Part shown: piece after piece, positions 18,134-27,047 of the stretch | Position numbering within the stretch: the first letter of the stretch is position 1 | Layout: every line of letters begins with the position of its first letter | Source of the DNA: Acidobacteriota bacterium | Lineage (GTDB): Bacteria; Acidobacteriota; Thermoanaerobaculia; Multivoradales; UBA5704 | Direction of reading: 5' to 3' | Length of the DNA stretch: 57,247 bases | Assembly (NCBI GenBank): GCA_040005235.1 | Contig: JBDTZG010000034.1 | Coordinates: 1 to 57,247 of the forward strand | Made by a program: the position numbers and the translations under genes | The notes under the pieces: model-generated | The model's database searches: none | The model's input: the letters and a program-made list of their open reading frames with translations, nothing else | What the model was told of the DNA's origin: nothing

Positions 18134-18532
18134 ATGAAAGAAACGTCCGTTGCGTTCGAAGCTGAATCCGCCCAATCGTTCGCCGAGACCGTGGAGGCCT
18201 GCCGTCAGGCGCTCGCCCGGGAGGGATTCGGCGTTCTCACCGAGATCGATATTCAGGCGACGATGAAGAAAAAGCTCGACGTCGATCGCGATCCCTATCT
18301 GATTCTCGGCGCCTGCCATCCCCCGTCGGCCCACCGCGCGCTCACCGCGGAGCCCGCGGTGGGGGTGCTCCTGCCCTGCAACGTCACGGTCTCGATCGAA
18401 GGGGGCAAGACGATCGTCCGGGCGATGAACCCGAAGGCCGCGATGGGCATCCTCGCGAATCCGGAGGTCGAAGCGGTCGCCGAAGAGGTGGCCGCGGCAC
18501 TCGCGCGGGTGGTCAAGGCGGTAGAGGGGTAA
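18134..18532 (+). CDS. DUF302-family protein
   Basis: EGFGVLTEIDIQATMKKKL, YLILGACHP and LLPCNV. Confidence 0.92.
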   Translation: MKETSVAFEAESAQSFAETVEACRQALAREGFGVLTEIDIQATMKKKLDVDRDPYLILGACHPPSAHRALTAEPAVGVLLPCNVTVSIEGGKTIVRAMNPKAAMGILANPEVEAVAEEVAAALARVVKAVEG

Positions 18533-18537
18533 ACCGA

Positions 18538-18567
18538 GCGGTCGCCTTGCGGGCGACCGCCCCTTTC
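18538..18567. terminator. Hairpin between convergent genes (likely terminator)
   Basis: GCGGTCGCC-TTGCG-GGCGACCGC followed by CCCTTTC. Confidence 0.55.
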
Positions 18568-18582
18568 AATTCAAGTTGGTTC

Positions 18583-18759
18583 CTACCAGCAGACGCTCAC
18601 GTCGAGCGAGCAGACGCACTGCGATACGCCGGATTCGTTGCACGCGCAGGTCCTTGGCGCGCTCGGCGGATAGGCGCCGTCGGCCTTCGCGACGGCATCC
18701 TGGGCCAGGTGGCGCAGCGTCTCGGTGTGCAGGCTCAGCTTCTTGGGTTTCTTTTGCAT
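18583..18759 (-). CDS. 58-aa Cys/Ser/Thr-rich RiPP-precursor-like peptide
   Basis: MQKKPKKLSLHTETLRHL leader plus a core with 5 Cys (TCAC...QCVCS...VCW). GAGGAG RBS upstream. Confidence 0.7.
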   Translation of the reverse strand: MQKKPKKLSLHTETLRHLAQDAVAKADGAYPPSAPRTCACNESGVSQCVCSLDVSVCW

Positions 18760-18932
18760 GTGGGCTCCTCGGCCGTTCCGTGCCGAAATTGGCACGACGG
18801 GCAGCGGATCTTGCGGCGCACCGGACCGGATCTCCGGTGCGCCGCAAACCGGTCTAGTAGAGGAAGCGGGGAATCCGAGAAAAGGGGCTCATGCGCGCGG
18901 ACCTCGCTATCGGCGAGGTAGCGGGAAGGGCT

Positions 18933-19661
18933 TTAGTTCCCATCGACGACAGGCTCGAGGCAGAGCTGGCCGCCACGCGAAACCTCGGTCACGCAAGAGG
19001 GTGCTGGGAACCAGGAGCCGCCTTGGCCCTGAGCGAAAAGTTTGAGATTGGTCCTGCCGGTCGCCATGTCCGTTCCCGAGGGAATCAGCGTCCAGGCGGC
19101 GTTCAGGCTCAGGGCGAAGGGATAGGGGATCGACTTCGTGACGCCGGTATTCGTCGAGGTGAAGCGGATGACCGCTGCGATGTCGAGGATCCCGGTCGAG
19201 GTCCCGGTTCGCGGGTTTCTGGGGTCTTCGACGAGTTCGATCTGGGACAGCGGCTGCGTGGCGCCGGGATCGAGTTCGACGGAATAGTCCCAGGTCCCGC
19301 AGGAGGTCGGGTGCGGACGGGGTCCGACCAAGAGAAGGCCCGTGGGCTCCAGAACCATCTGGGTCGTCGCTTCGAGGTGGGCATGCCGGACGATCCGAAT
19401 CTCCAGCGAACGCAGTCCGCTGCCTCCGCCGTCCCCCTGAACCACGATGCCGCCCGCGGAGTGCTCGGAAATCGCGACGCCGCAAAGTTTCAGCTCGAGC
19501 AGCTGCAGATCCACTTTCAGCTCGGAAGGCTCGCGGGCTTGAAGCCGGAGCGCGATGGTCCCGGGATCGATCCCGGTCTCGGAAGTGTGTGCCCATCCGG
19601 CGACCGGTAGGCAGAGGAGCGTGAGGACGGCGCCTGCGACGGTACGATTTCTTCGGGCCAT
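18933..19661 (-). CDS. Hypothetical secreted protein
   Basis: AGGAG RBS, signal peptide MARRNRTVAGAVLTLLCLPVAGWA and beta-rich mature region. Downstream of the kinase. Confidence 0.7.
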   Translation of the reverse strand: MARRNRTVAGAVLTLLCLPVAGWAHTSETGIDPGTIALRLQAREPSELKVDLQLLELKLCGVAISEHSAGGIVVQGDGGGSGLRSLEIRIVRHAHLEATTQMVLEPTGLLLVGPRPHPTSCGTWDYSVELDPGATQPLSQIELVEDPRNPRTGTSTGILDIAAVIRFTSTNTGVTKSIPYPFALSLNAAWTLIPSGTDMATGRTNLKLFAQGQGGSWFPAPSCVTEVSRGGQLCLEPVVDGN

Positions 19662-19731
19662 GGGGCGTTCTCCTGTGGGGCGTCGAATGGTTGATGCGAG
19701 GAGAGGAAGCGGAAATCGCGTGGATTCGGGC

Positions 19732-22635
19732 TCAGCGGTCCACCTCCCGGGGAGGAGTGGCGTGGGCGGCGAGTAGCGCGAGGCGACGAAGACGCTGTTC
19801 GGCGCGGCGGGTGTCGGCGTGCTCCGCGCCGCGTAGAGTGCGGATTCGCTCCAGGCTTGCCGTGAGAAGAGGGCGCGCCTCGTCTTGAGCCCCAAGCTCC
19901 GCCAGGCAGGCGCCAAGCGCGTTCTGCGCCAGGGCGATCGCGATATGGCCCGCGGGAAGCCCCGCCGTGCGGATCGCCAGCGCCTGACGCAGAAGAGGCT
20001 CGGCCAGTCGAGGCTTTCCGCGGGCTACGAGCACGTTGCCGAGCCCCATCCGCGGGGTCGCGAGGTCGACGTGGTCCGGCGGGAGCAGACGTTCGCGGAT
20101 TGCGAGAGCCTCCCGGTAGTCCCGTTCCGCTTCGAAGAGCGCTCCTCTCCTCTCGACCATCGTGCCGAGGGTGATCAGCGAATTCGCGAGGTCGAGCGGC
20201 GGGGTCTCCGGCGCCTTCCTGCGAATCGCCAGCGCCTCGCGCGCGAGCCGTTCGGCGCTTTCGAGGTCGCCCAGGTCGCGGCGCGCCAGCGCGAGCTGGT
20301 TGAGGCCGATGGCGACGTTCGGATGCTTGGGGCCGTAGAGCGCCCGCAGAGCGCCGAGCGCCTCTTCAAACAGCGGTGCGGCCTCTTCGGGACGCCCTTC
20401 CGACTGGAGCGTCGCGGCGAGGTTGTTGAGGGCGGTGGGCAGGTGGGGCGAATGTCCCCCGGCCGCCCGTCGGTCGAGCGCCACCGCTGCGCGGTGGGAG
20501 GCCTCCGCCGCGGCGAGCTTTCCGAGCGCCATCTGCGCCGCGCCGAGATCGCTCCAGCTGCTCGCGATCTCCGGGTGATCCGGCGGCAGCAGGCGGCGGC
20601 GAAGGTCGAGCGCTTCGCGAAGCAACCGTTCGGCGGTGGCGTAGCGCCCCTGGCTATAGAAGATGCGACCGAGGCTCGCGAGATCCTCTGCCGTGAGCGG
20701 ATGGTCGTCACCCAGCTCCCGGCGGCGCAGTTCGCGCGCCTCGGCGAACAGAGGCGCCGCGACGGCCAGCCGGTCGCGATCGAGTTCCACCGTGGCGAGA
20801 TGGCTCAAGGCCTCGGCGAGATCGAGCGGTCGCCGGTTCTTCGCGCCGCGGAAAATCTCCATCGCGCGGCGAAATTCCGCGGCCGCCTGGTCGAGCCGAC
20901 CTTCCGAAAGATGGAGCAGACCGAGGCCGTTCCAACACTCCGCCACCTCCGGGGCGTCGGGGCCGAAGAACGAACGGCGCAGCGCCAGAGCCTCTTCAAA
21001 CCTCCTGCTGCTCGCGAGGTAGTCCGCTTCTTCGCGCAAAACGTGCCCGAGCACCAGGAGCGTTTCCGCCCGCGCGAGAAGGGTCTGCCGATCCTTCGAC
21101 CTGGGCCGCGTGGCGAGCGAGGCCAAAAGATTCGACCGTGCCGCCTTCAGCGCTCCGAGATCGCGATAAACCGTGCCGATCGCGTGCAAGAGGTCGGCGC
21201 GCGTCTCGGGTTGCCGGCTCAGCGCCCGCAGGTTCGCGGGGAGCCAACGGGGAACCCGGGCCGGCGGTGCGCTCAACAGCTCGCTGCCTCGATCGAGGAT
21301 CTCACGGGCGGTGACCGCTTCGCCACGGCTCTGGCCGGGATCGGCGATCGCGAAGATGTCGGTCAAAAAACCGGAGAGCGCCGCGGCGCGACGCAGCTCC
21401 GATTCGGCTCGATCGCGGGCTCTGGCGGCGGCATACCCCTGGACGAGAGCCACAACCACCAGGCCGAGAATGGACAGCGCGCCGACGGTCGCCCCTTTGC
21501 GCCGCCGGACCGCGCGGCCCAGCCGATAGGCAAGGGTCGGACGGCGGGCGACGACGGGCCGCCGGTCCAGGTGGCGTTCGAGATCGGCGGCCAGTTCGTC
21601 GACCGTGCCGTAGCGGCGGGCGGGCTCGGTTTCGAGCGCCTTGCCGACGATCGCTTCGAGATCTCCGGCGAGGGTCTTCGCGAGTCGTACCCGCTCGGCC
21701 GGCGCGAGGTCGTCGCGGAATTCGCGGGCGGCGCGCGGCAGAGCGATCGGCGAGGAAGCTTCGAGGGCGCGCGAGGCGGCGGCCGGATCGCGCCCCGCGA
21801 GCAGTTCGTAGAGCAGGATCCCCAGGCCGTAGACGTCGGTGGCGGTGGTGATCGCTCCCCCCGCGACCTGCTCGGGGCTCGCGTAGTCGGGGGTCAACGG
21901 CTGGCGGCCGGGGAGGGTGGCGCCCGGATCCTCCGCGCCCAGAAGCTTCGCGATGCCGAAGTCGATTACCTTGGGCACCCCGTCCTCGCCGACCAGAATG
22001 TTCGAGGGCTTAAGGTCGCGGTGAACCACCAGACTGCGGTGGGCGTGGGCGACGCCCGCACAGACCGCGAGGAACAGCCGCACTCGAGCGTCGACGCCGA
22101 TCCGACGGTCGCGACACCAGCGGGTGATCGGTACCCCTTCGATCTGTTCCAGGACGAAATACGGCCGGCCATCGACGGTCGAGCCGCCGTCGAGCAGGCG
22201 GGCGATGTTCGGATGGGCGAGCCCGGCGAGAATCTGCCGCTCGTGCCCGAAGCGGCGCAGGATCTCGTCGGTGTCGATGCCGCGTTTGACCAGCTTGATC
22301 GCCACCTGCTGCGCAAAGCCTCCTTCGTCTCGACGTGCGAGATAGACGGCGGCCATCCCCCCTCGCCCGAGCTCGCGGACGATTCGGTAGGGTCCGATCT
22401 GGAGCCCGGGAACCGCGGTCATCAGGTCGCGCCCGACTTCGGCGATCAATTCGCGAGCCCCTACCTCGAACGCGTCTCCCGCGGACTCATGCGCGGCGAG
22501 GAGATCGAGTACCCGTCGCCGCTGGTCGGCGTCCCCCGCCGTGGCCTCGGCGAGGAAAGCGGCGCGTCCCCCAGGAGGAAGTTCGAGAGCGCCCTGGAAG
22601 ATCTCTTTGAGCTGCCGCCAGCGCTCAGGCTCCAT
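19732..22635 (-). CDS. Membrane Ser/Thr protein kinase with C-terminal TPR repeats
   Basis: GRGGMAAVYLA, VAIKLV, HRDLKPSNILV, DFGIAK and YASPEQ, then a TM segment and many ALALRR..G..HP TPR units. Confidence 0.95.
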   Translation of the reverse strand: MEPERWRQLKEIFQGALELPPGGRAAFLAEATAGDADQRRRVLDLLAAHESAGDAFEVGARELIAEVGRDLMTAVPGLQIGPYRIVRELGRGGMAAVYLARRDEGGFAQQVAIKLVKRGIDTDEILRRFGHERQILAGLAHPNIARLLDGGSTVDGRPYFVLEQIEGVPITRWCRDRRIGVDARVRLFLAVCAGVAHAHRSLVVHRDLKPSNILVGEDGVPKVIDFGIAKLLGAEDPGATLPGRQPLTPDYASPEQVAGGAITTATDVYGLGILLYELLAGRDPAAASRALEASSPIALPRAAREFRDDLAPAERVRLAKTLAGDLEAIVGKALETEPARRYGTVDELAADLERHLDRRPVVARRPTLAYRLGRAVRRRKGATVGALSILGLVVVALVQGYAAARARDRAESELRRAAALSGFLTDIFAIADPGQSRGEAVTAREILDRGSELLSAPPARVPRWLPANLRALSRQPETRADLLHAIGTVYRDLGALKAARSNLLASLATRPRSKDRQTLLARAETLLVLGHVLREEADYLASSRRFEEALALRRSFFGPDAPEVAECWNGLGLLHLSEGRLDQAAAEFRRAMEIFRGAKNRRPLDLAEALSHLATVELDRDRLAVAAPLFAEARELRRRELGDDHPLTAEDLASLGRIFYSQGRYATAERLLREALDLRRRLLPPDHPEIASSWSDLGAAQMALGKLAAAEASHRAAVALDRRAAGGHSPHLPTALNNLAATLQSEGRPEEAAPLFEEALGALRALYGPKHPNVAIGLNQLALARRDLGDLESAERLAREALAIRRKAPETPPLDLANSLITLGTMVERRGALFEAERDYREALAIRERLLPPDHVDLATPRMGLGNVLVARGKPRLAEPLLRQALAIRTAGLPAGHIAIALAQNALGACLAELGAQDEARPLLTASLERIRTLRGAEHADTRRAEQRLRRLALLAAHATPPREVDR

Positions 22636-23185
22636 CGCGCGGGGCGGCTCCGGAAATTTCAAGAAACAGCCAGGCTTTCGCCATCGCCCAATCGCGTTTG
22701 ATCGTGGCGGGTGAAATTCCGAGCACTTCGGCGCTCTCCTCCACGGTCATGCCGGCGAAGAAGCGGAGCTCGACGATCCGCGCCTGCTGCGGGTCGAGCG
22801 CCTCCAACCGGGCGATAGCGTCCTCCAGAGCCAATAGATCGACCTCGATCGGCGGTGTCACCGCGGCTGAGTCGACCAGGGTGATCCGCACGTCGCTGCC
22901 GCCCCGCTTCTGAGCCTGGCGTTCGCGGCAGTGGTCGACCAGGACCCGGCGCATCGTCTGGGCGGCGAGACGAAAAAAATGGGACCGATCGTTCCAGGCG
23001 AGGCGCCGCTGTTCGGAAAGGCGAAGATACGCTTCGTGGACCAAACTGGTCGGTTGGAGCGTGACCTTCGCTTCGCCGCGCAGATAGCGTCCGGCGAGTG
23101 CCCGCAGCTCGTCATAGATCTGAGGCAGAAGAAGATCGACCGAAGGGTTGCCCCGCGCGGGTGGCGCGGGTGAGGGCGGAGGCAT
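22625..23185 (-). CDS. ECF-type RNA polymerase sigma factor (STK-associated type)
   Basis: YDELRALA, TLQPTSLVHEAYLRL, MRRVLVDH, KRGG, VELRFFAG and KRDWAMAKAWL. Confidence 0.93.
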   Translation of the reverse strand: MPPPSPAPPARGNPSVDLLLPQIYDELRALAGRYLRGEAKVTLQPTSLVHEAYLRLSEQRRLAWNDRSHFFRLAAQTMRRVLVDHCRERQAQKRGGSDVRITLVDSAAVTPPIEVDLLALEDAIARLEALDPQQARIVELRFFAGMTVEESAEVLGISPATIKRDWAMAKAWLFLEISGAAPRDGA

Positions 23186-23293
23186 GCTGAAAGTCTAACG
23201 CCGAAGCCGCGACGACGTCGGAGGATAGAGGTTTCTACTCAGTGGGGTGAGATTTGGACCTCCCCCGGCCGTTGGCATAGAATCTGCGGCTCT

Positions 23294-24607
23294 ATGACCG
23301 AAAAACTGCCATTCCCAGAGTACCGAGAGCTCAAGGAGTACGTCGGCCAGCAGGTGGAGATCAAAGGCTGGATCGACAATAAGCGTTCGAGCGGCAAGAT
23401 CGCCTTCCTGCAGGTGCGGCTGGACGGCCGGACCGTGCAGGCGGTCGCCGGGCGGAACGACCTGTCCGAAGAGATGTGGGCGGAGGTCGAGCGCGTCACA
23501 CAGGAGTCGACCGTCCGCGTCGTCGGCACGGTCAAGGAAGACAAGCGGAGCCCCAGCGGAGTCGAGATCCAGATGAACGGGTTCGAGATCCTCCAGCTGA
23601 CGGAGGATTACCCGATCACGCCGAAGGAGCACGGCACGGCGTTCCTGATGGAGCACCGGCACCTTTGGCTCCGTTCGAGCCGGCAGCGGGCGGCGCTCCG
23701 GATCCGGAGCGAAGTCGAGCAGGCGATCCGCGATTTTTTCTACACCCGCGACTTCACTCTGATCGACTCGCCGATCCTCACCCCGGCTGCTTGCGAGGGG
23801 ACCTCGAACCTTTTCGAGACCGATTATTTCGGCGACAAGGCCTACCTGTCGCAGTCGGGACAGCTCTACCTCGAACCGGCCGCCGCGGCGCTCGGCAAGG
23901 TCTACTGCTTCGGTCCGACGTTTCGGGCCGAGAAGTCGAAGACCCGCCGCCATCTGATGGAGTTCTGGATGGTCGAGCCCGAGGTGGCGTTCTTGGAGTT
24001 CGAGGGGCTCACCGAGCTGGCCGGAGAGTTCGTCGGCTATCTCGTCGCCCGAGTGCTCGAACGGCGCCGCGAAGAGCTGAAGATTCTCGAACGGGATACC
24101 GCGATGCTCGAAAAGATCGTCCCGCCGTTCCCGCGCATGACCTACACCCGGGCGGTCGAGATCCTGAACGATCAAGAGAATCCGATCGTCTGGGGCGAAG
24201 ACTTCGGCGCCGACGAAGAGACCATCCTCGCGAGCCAGTTCGAGCAACCCGTGATGATCACCGACTTCCCTGCGGCGTTCAAAGCGTTCTACATGCAGCC
24301 TTCCCCCGACTCAACACCTGAGCGAGAGACCGTGCTCGGCATGGACTTGCTCGCGCCCGAGGGGTACGGCGAGATCATCGGCGGCAGCCAGCGGATCCAC
24401 GATCACGACCTGCTGCTTTCGCGGATCAAGCAGCACAACCTACCGATCGAGGCGTTCCAGTGGTACCTCGACGTCCGCAAATACGGCGGCTACCCGCACA
24501 GCGGCTTCGGCATGGGCATCGAGCGCTTCGTTGCCTGGATGTGCGGCCTACCGCACCTGCGCGAGACGATTCCGTATCCGCGGATGCTGTACAAGATTTA
24601 CCCGTAG
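23294..24607 (+). CDS. asnS: Asparagine--tRNA ligase
   Basis: OB fold (KRSSGKIAFL), AYLSQSGQLY, FRAEKSKTRRHLMEFWM, GEIIGGSQR and PHSGFGMGIER. Confidence 0.95.
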   Translation: MTEKLPFPEYRELKEYVGQQVEIKGWIDNKRSSGKIAFLQVRLDGRTVQAVAGRNDLSEEMWAEVERVTQESTVRVVGTVKEDKRSPSGVEIQMNGFEILQLTEDYPITPKEHGTAFLMEHRHLWLRSSRQRAALRIRSEVEQAIRDFFYTRDFTLIDSPILTPAACEGTSNLFETDYFGDKAYLSQSGQLYLEPAAAALGKVYCFGPTFRAEKSKTRRHLMEFWMVEPEVAFLEFEGLTELAGEFVGYLVARVLERRREELKILERDTAMLEKIVPPFPRMTYTRAVEILNDQENPIVWGEDFGADEETILASQFEQPVMITDFPAAFKAFYMQPSPDSTPERETVLGMDLLAPEGYGEIIGGSQRIHDHDLLLSRIKQHNLPIEAFQWYLDVRKYGGYPHSGFGMGIERFVAWMCGLPHLRETIPYPRMLYKIYP

Positions 24608-24615
24608 GGGCGGGA

Positions 24616-25695
24616 TCAAAGAAGCCGCTCGACCAGCCGCCGGTACAGCTCGACCGCCGCCATCAGATCCGCTTTCGCGATCCGCTCTTCCGCGGTATGG
24701 GCGACGTGGATCGTGCCGGGGCCGAGCAGGAACGGCTCGCCCCAGGCGGAGAGGCGTGGCACGTCCGTCGTGAACTTGACCACGGTGGTGGGAAAACCGG
24801 GGAGCGAGCCGAGGCGCACGGCCGGGGTCTCGCTCTTCCGCGAAATGCGAGCTCCGCCGCCTGCCGTAAACGCCGCTTCGAGATCATGGCGTAGCGGCTC
24901 GGTCGGCCCGACTGTCCGGACCAGGATCTCGGCGCTCGCCCGATCGGCGATCACGTTCGCGGCGCGCCCCCCTTCGATCTTGCCCACGTTGATTGTGGTC
25001 TCGCCGAGGATCGGGTCGCTTGGGAGCGGCACTCGACGCATCCGGTCGATCGCGGCGAGCAGCGCGTCGATCGCCGAGATTCCCAGCTCCGGGTAGGCTG
25101 AGTGCGCCGCTTTTCCTTCCGCCTCCAGGCGGTAGAACAGCGTGCCTTTCGAGCCGAGGGCGAGCTGGTTTTCGGTCGGTTCGCCGTTGATCAGGTAGCG
25201 TGGGCGGAGGTCCGTGGTCTGCACCCACCGATTCGCGGTATCGGCTCCGAGGCTGTCGGTCTCTTCCGCGACCACGATCAGCAGGCCGAAATCGCGGCGT
25301 CCGGCCGCGAGCAACTCCTCGATCGCCGCGATCATTGCGGCGAGAATCCCCTTGGCGTCGCAGGCCCCTCGGCCGCGGATGTCATCATCGCTCTCTTCGG
25401 AGGGGAAGTACGGCGGCACGCAGTCCATATGGGTTGAGAGCACGACTTTTGGCTCGCCCCAGCGGGCGAAGAGGTTGAACCGCTCGGCGTCGACCGGGAT
25501 TTTCACCAGCTCCCCGGCGGGCTCGATCTCGGCCAGGCGGGCGAACAGCAGCTCTCCCGCTTGGCGCTCGCGGCCGGTCGTCGAGTCGAGATCGACCAGC
25601 TCTCGGGTGCGGGCGAACAGCCGGGCGGCCGGGTCTTCCGGCAGTTTGGGGAGGGTCGTAATTGGCGCGGGAGGGGGGGGAGGCATCGAGGCCAT
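24616..25695 (-). CDS. M20-family metallohydrolase (acetylornithine deacetylase-like)
   Basis: STHMDCVP, GRGACDAKG, VAEET, INGEPT, GKAAHS and AHTAEE. Confidence 0.9.
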   Translation of the reverse strand: MASMPPPPPAPITTLPKLPEDPAARLFARTRELVDLDSTTGRERQAGELLFARLAEIEPAGELVKIPVDAERFNLFARWGEPKVVLSTHMDCVPPYFPSEESDDDIRGRGACDAKGILAAMIAAIEELLAAGRRDFGLLIVVAEETDSLGADTANRWVQTTDLRPRYLINGEPTENQLALGSKGTLFYRLEAEGKAAHSAYPELGISAIDALLAAIDRMRRVPLPSDPILGETTINVGKIEGGRAANVIADRASAEILVRTVGPTEPLRHDLEAAFTAGGGARISRKSETPAVRLGSLPGFPTTVVKFTTDVPRLSAWGEPFLLGPGTIHVAHTAEERIAKADLMAAVELYRRLVERLL

Positions 25696-25718
25696 GAGTG
25701 AGGATAAGATAGCGCGCC

Positions 25719-26504
25719 ATGATCCCGATCGACCTGGCAGGAAAACGCGCCCTTGTGATGGGTGTCGCCAATTCGCGCAGCCTCGGCTGGGCGATCGCCG
25801 AGCGTCTGCGCGACGCGGGCGCCACCCTCGCTTTCAGCTATCAGGGCGAACGCCTGAGAGCCGACCTCGAAAAGCTGACGGCCGATATTCCCGGCACCCT
25901 GCTCGCGCAGTGCGACGTGACGAACGAGGAAGATCTCTCCGCCCTGTTCGGCCAGCTCAAAGAAGGCTGGGGGAGCCTCGACTACGTGGTCCACGCGATC
26001 GCCTTCGCGCCGCGTCCGGCGATGGACGGCCGCTATATCGAGACGACCAAAAGGGATTGGCTCACCGCGCTCGAAATCTCTGCCTATTCGCTGGTCTCGG
26101 TCGCGCGCCACGCCGAGCCGTTGTGGAACGCGGGCGGCTCGATGGTCACGCTCACGTATTACGCGGCGGAGAAGGTGGTGCCCAAGTACAACGTCATGGG
26201 GATCGCCAAATCGGCGCTCGAAGCGAGCGTCCGCTACCTCGCCTACGAGTTGGGGAAAAAAGACGTGCGGATCAACGCCGTTTCCGCCGGGCCGGTGCGC
26301 ACGGTGGCAGCCCGCTCGATCCCCGGTTTCCTCAAGATGTACAACAAGGTGGGGGAGATCGCGCCGTTGGGCCGCAACGTCACCCACGAAGAGGTCGGCA
26401 ACCTCGGCCTCTACCTGCTGTCGCCGCTCGCTTCCGGCACGACCGGCGAGACGGTCTACGTCGATTCCGGTTTCCACGTCATGGGCATGGAGCTGGGCGA
26501 GTAG
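25719..26504 (+). CDS. fabI: Enoyl-ACP reductase
   Basis: GVANSRSLGWAIA, ISAYSL, YNVMGIAKSALE and RINAVSAGPVRT. Confidence 0.93.
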   Translation: MIPIDLAGKRALVMGVANSRSLGWAIAERLRDAGATLAFSYQGERLRADLEKLTADIPGTLLAQCDVTNEEDLSALFGQLKEGWGSLDYVVHAIAFAPRPAMDGRYIETTKRDWLTALEISAYSLVSVARHAEPLWNAGGSMVTLTYYAAEKVVPKYNVMGIAKSALEASVRYLAYELGKKDVRINAVSAGPVRTVAARSIPGFLKMYNKVGEIAPLGRNVTHEEVGNLGLYLLSPLASGTTGETVYVDSGFHVMGMELGE

Positions 26505-26585
26505 AACCACGAGCTTCGTTCCGTACGGGGTGAAAGTCGGGTGCTACGATCGGCCGACCATCTATTGTCGAGGGGGGGCGTACGC

Positions 26586-27041
26586 ATGAATCCGAACTGG
26601 GCGCACCTGCACATGATCGTCAATCACCTGCCGCTGTTCGCTGCGCTCGCCGCGGTCCTCCTGCTCGGCGCCGGCCTGCTCGGCAAAAACTCCGCCCTCG
26701 CCCGGGCCGGGATTCTCGCCTGCGTGCTCGCCGGAATCGGAACCTGGGCGGCGGTCTTTTCCGGCCAACGGGCGGAAGATTGGGTCAACGACAAGCCGGG
26801 GGTGACCGAGGAGGTCATTGGAGAGCACGAAGAGGCGGCGGAGACCTCGCGCTACGCGGCGTTCCCTTTGGGGGGCCTCGCATTGGTCGCCCTCTTCTGG
26901 CAGAAGGGTCCGCAGCGCGGCCTACAGCTGGTCCTCCTCCTCTTGGCGCTCGCCACCACTGGCCTCACGGGCCAAGCCGCCAACCTCGGCGGCCAAATCC
27001 GCCACACCGAGATCCGCGCGGGGGCGCCCGAGCCGGGATAA
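26586..27041 (+). CDS. Membrane protein with conserved His residues (DUF2231-like)
   Basis: AHLHMIVNHLP, HEEAAE and GGQIRHTEIR, with about 4 TM segments. Confidence 0.7.
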   Translation: MNPNWAHLHMIVNHLPLFAALAAVLLLGAGLLGKNSALARAGILACVLAGIGTWAAVFSGQRAEDWVNDKPGVTEEVIGEHEEAAETSRYAAFPLGGLALVALFWQKGPQRGLQLVLLLLALATTGLTGQAANLGGQIRHTEIRAGAPEPG

Positions 27042-27047
27042 TTGGCC

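Noticed and set aside
19885-22701. 938-aa plus-strand ORF
   Set aside because: Antisense shadow of the kinase gene in high-GC DNA, with no recognisable motifs.
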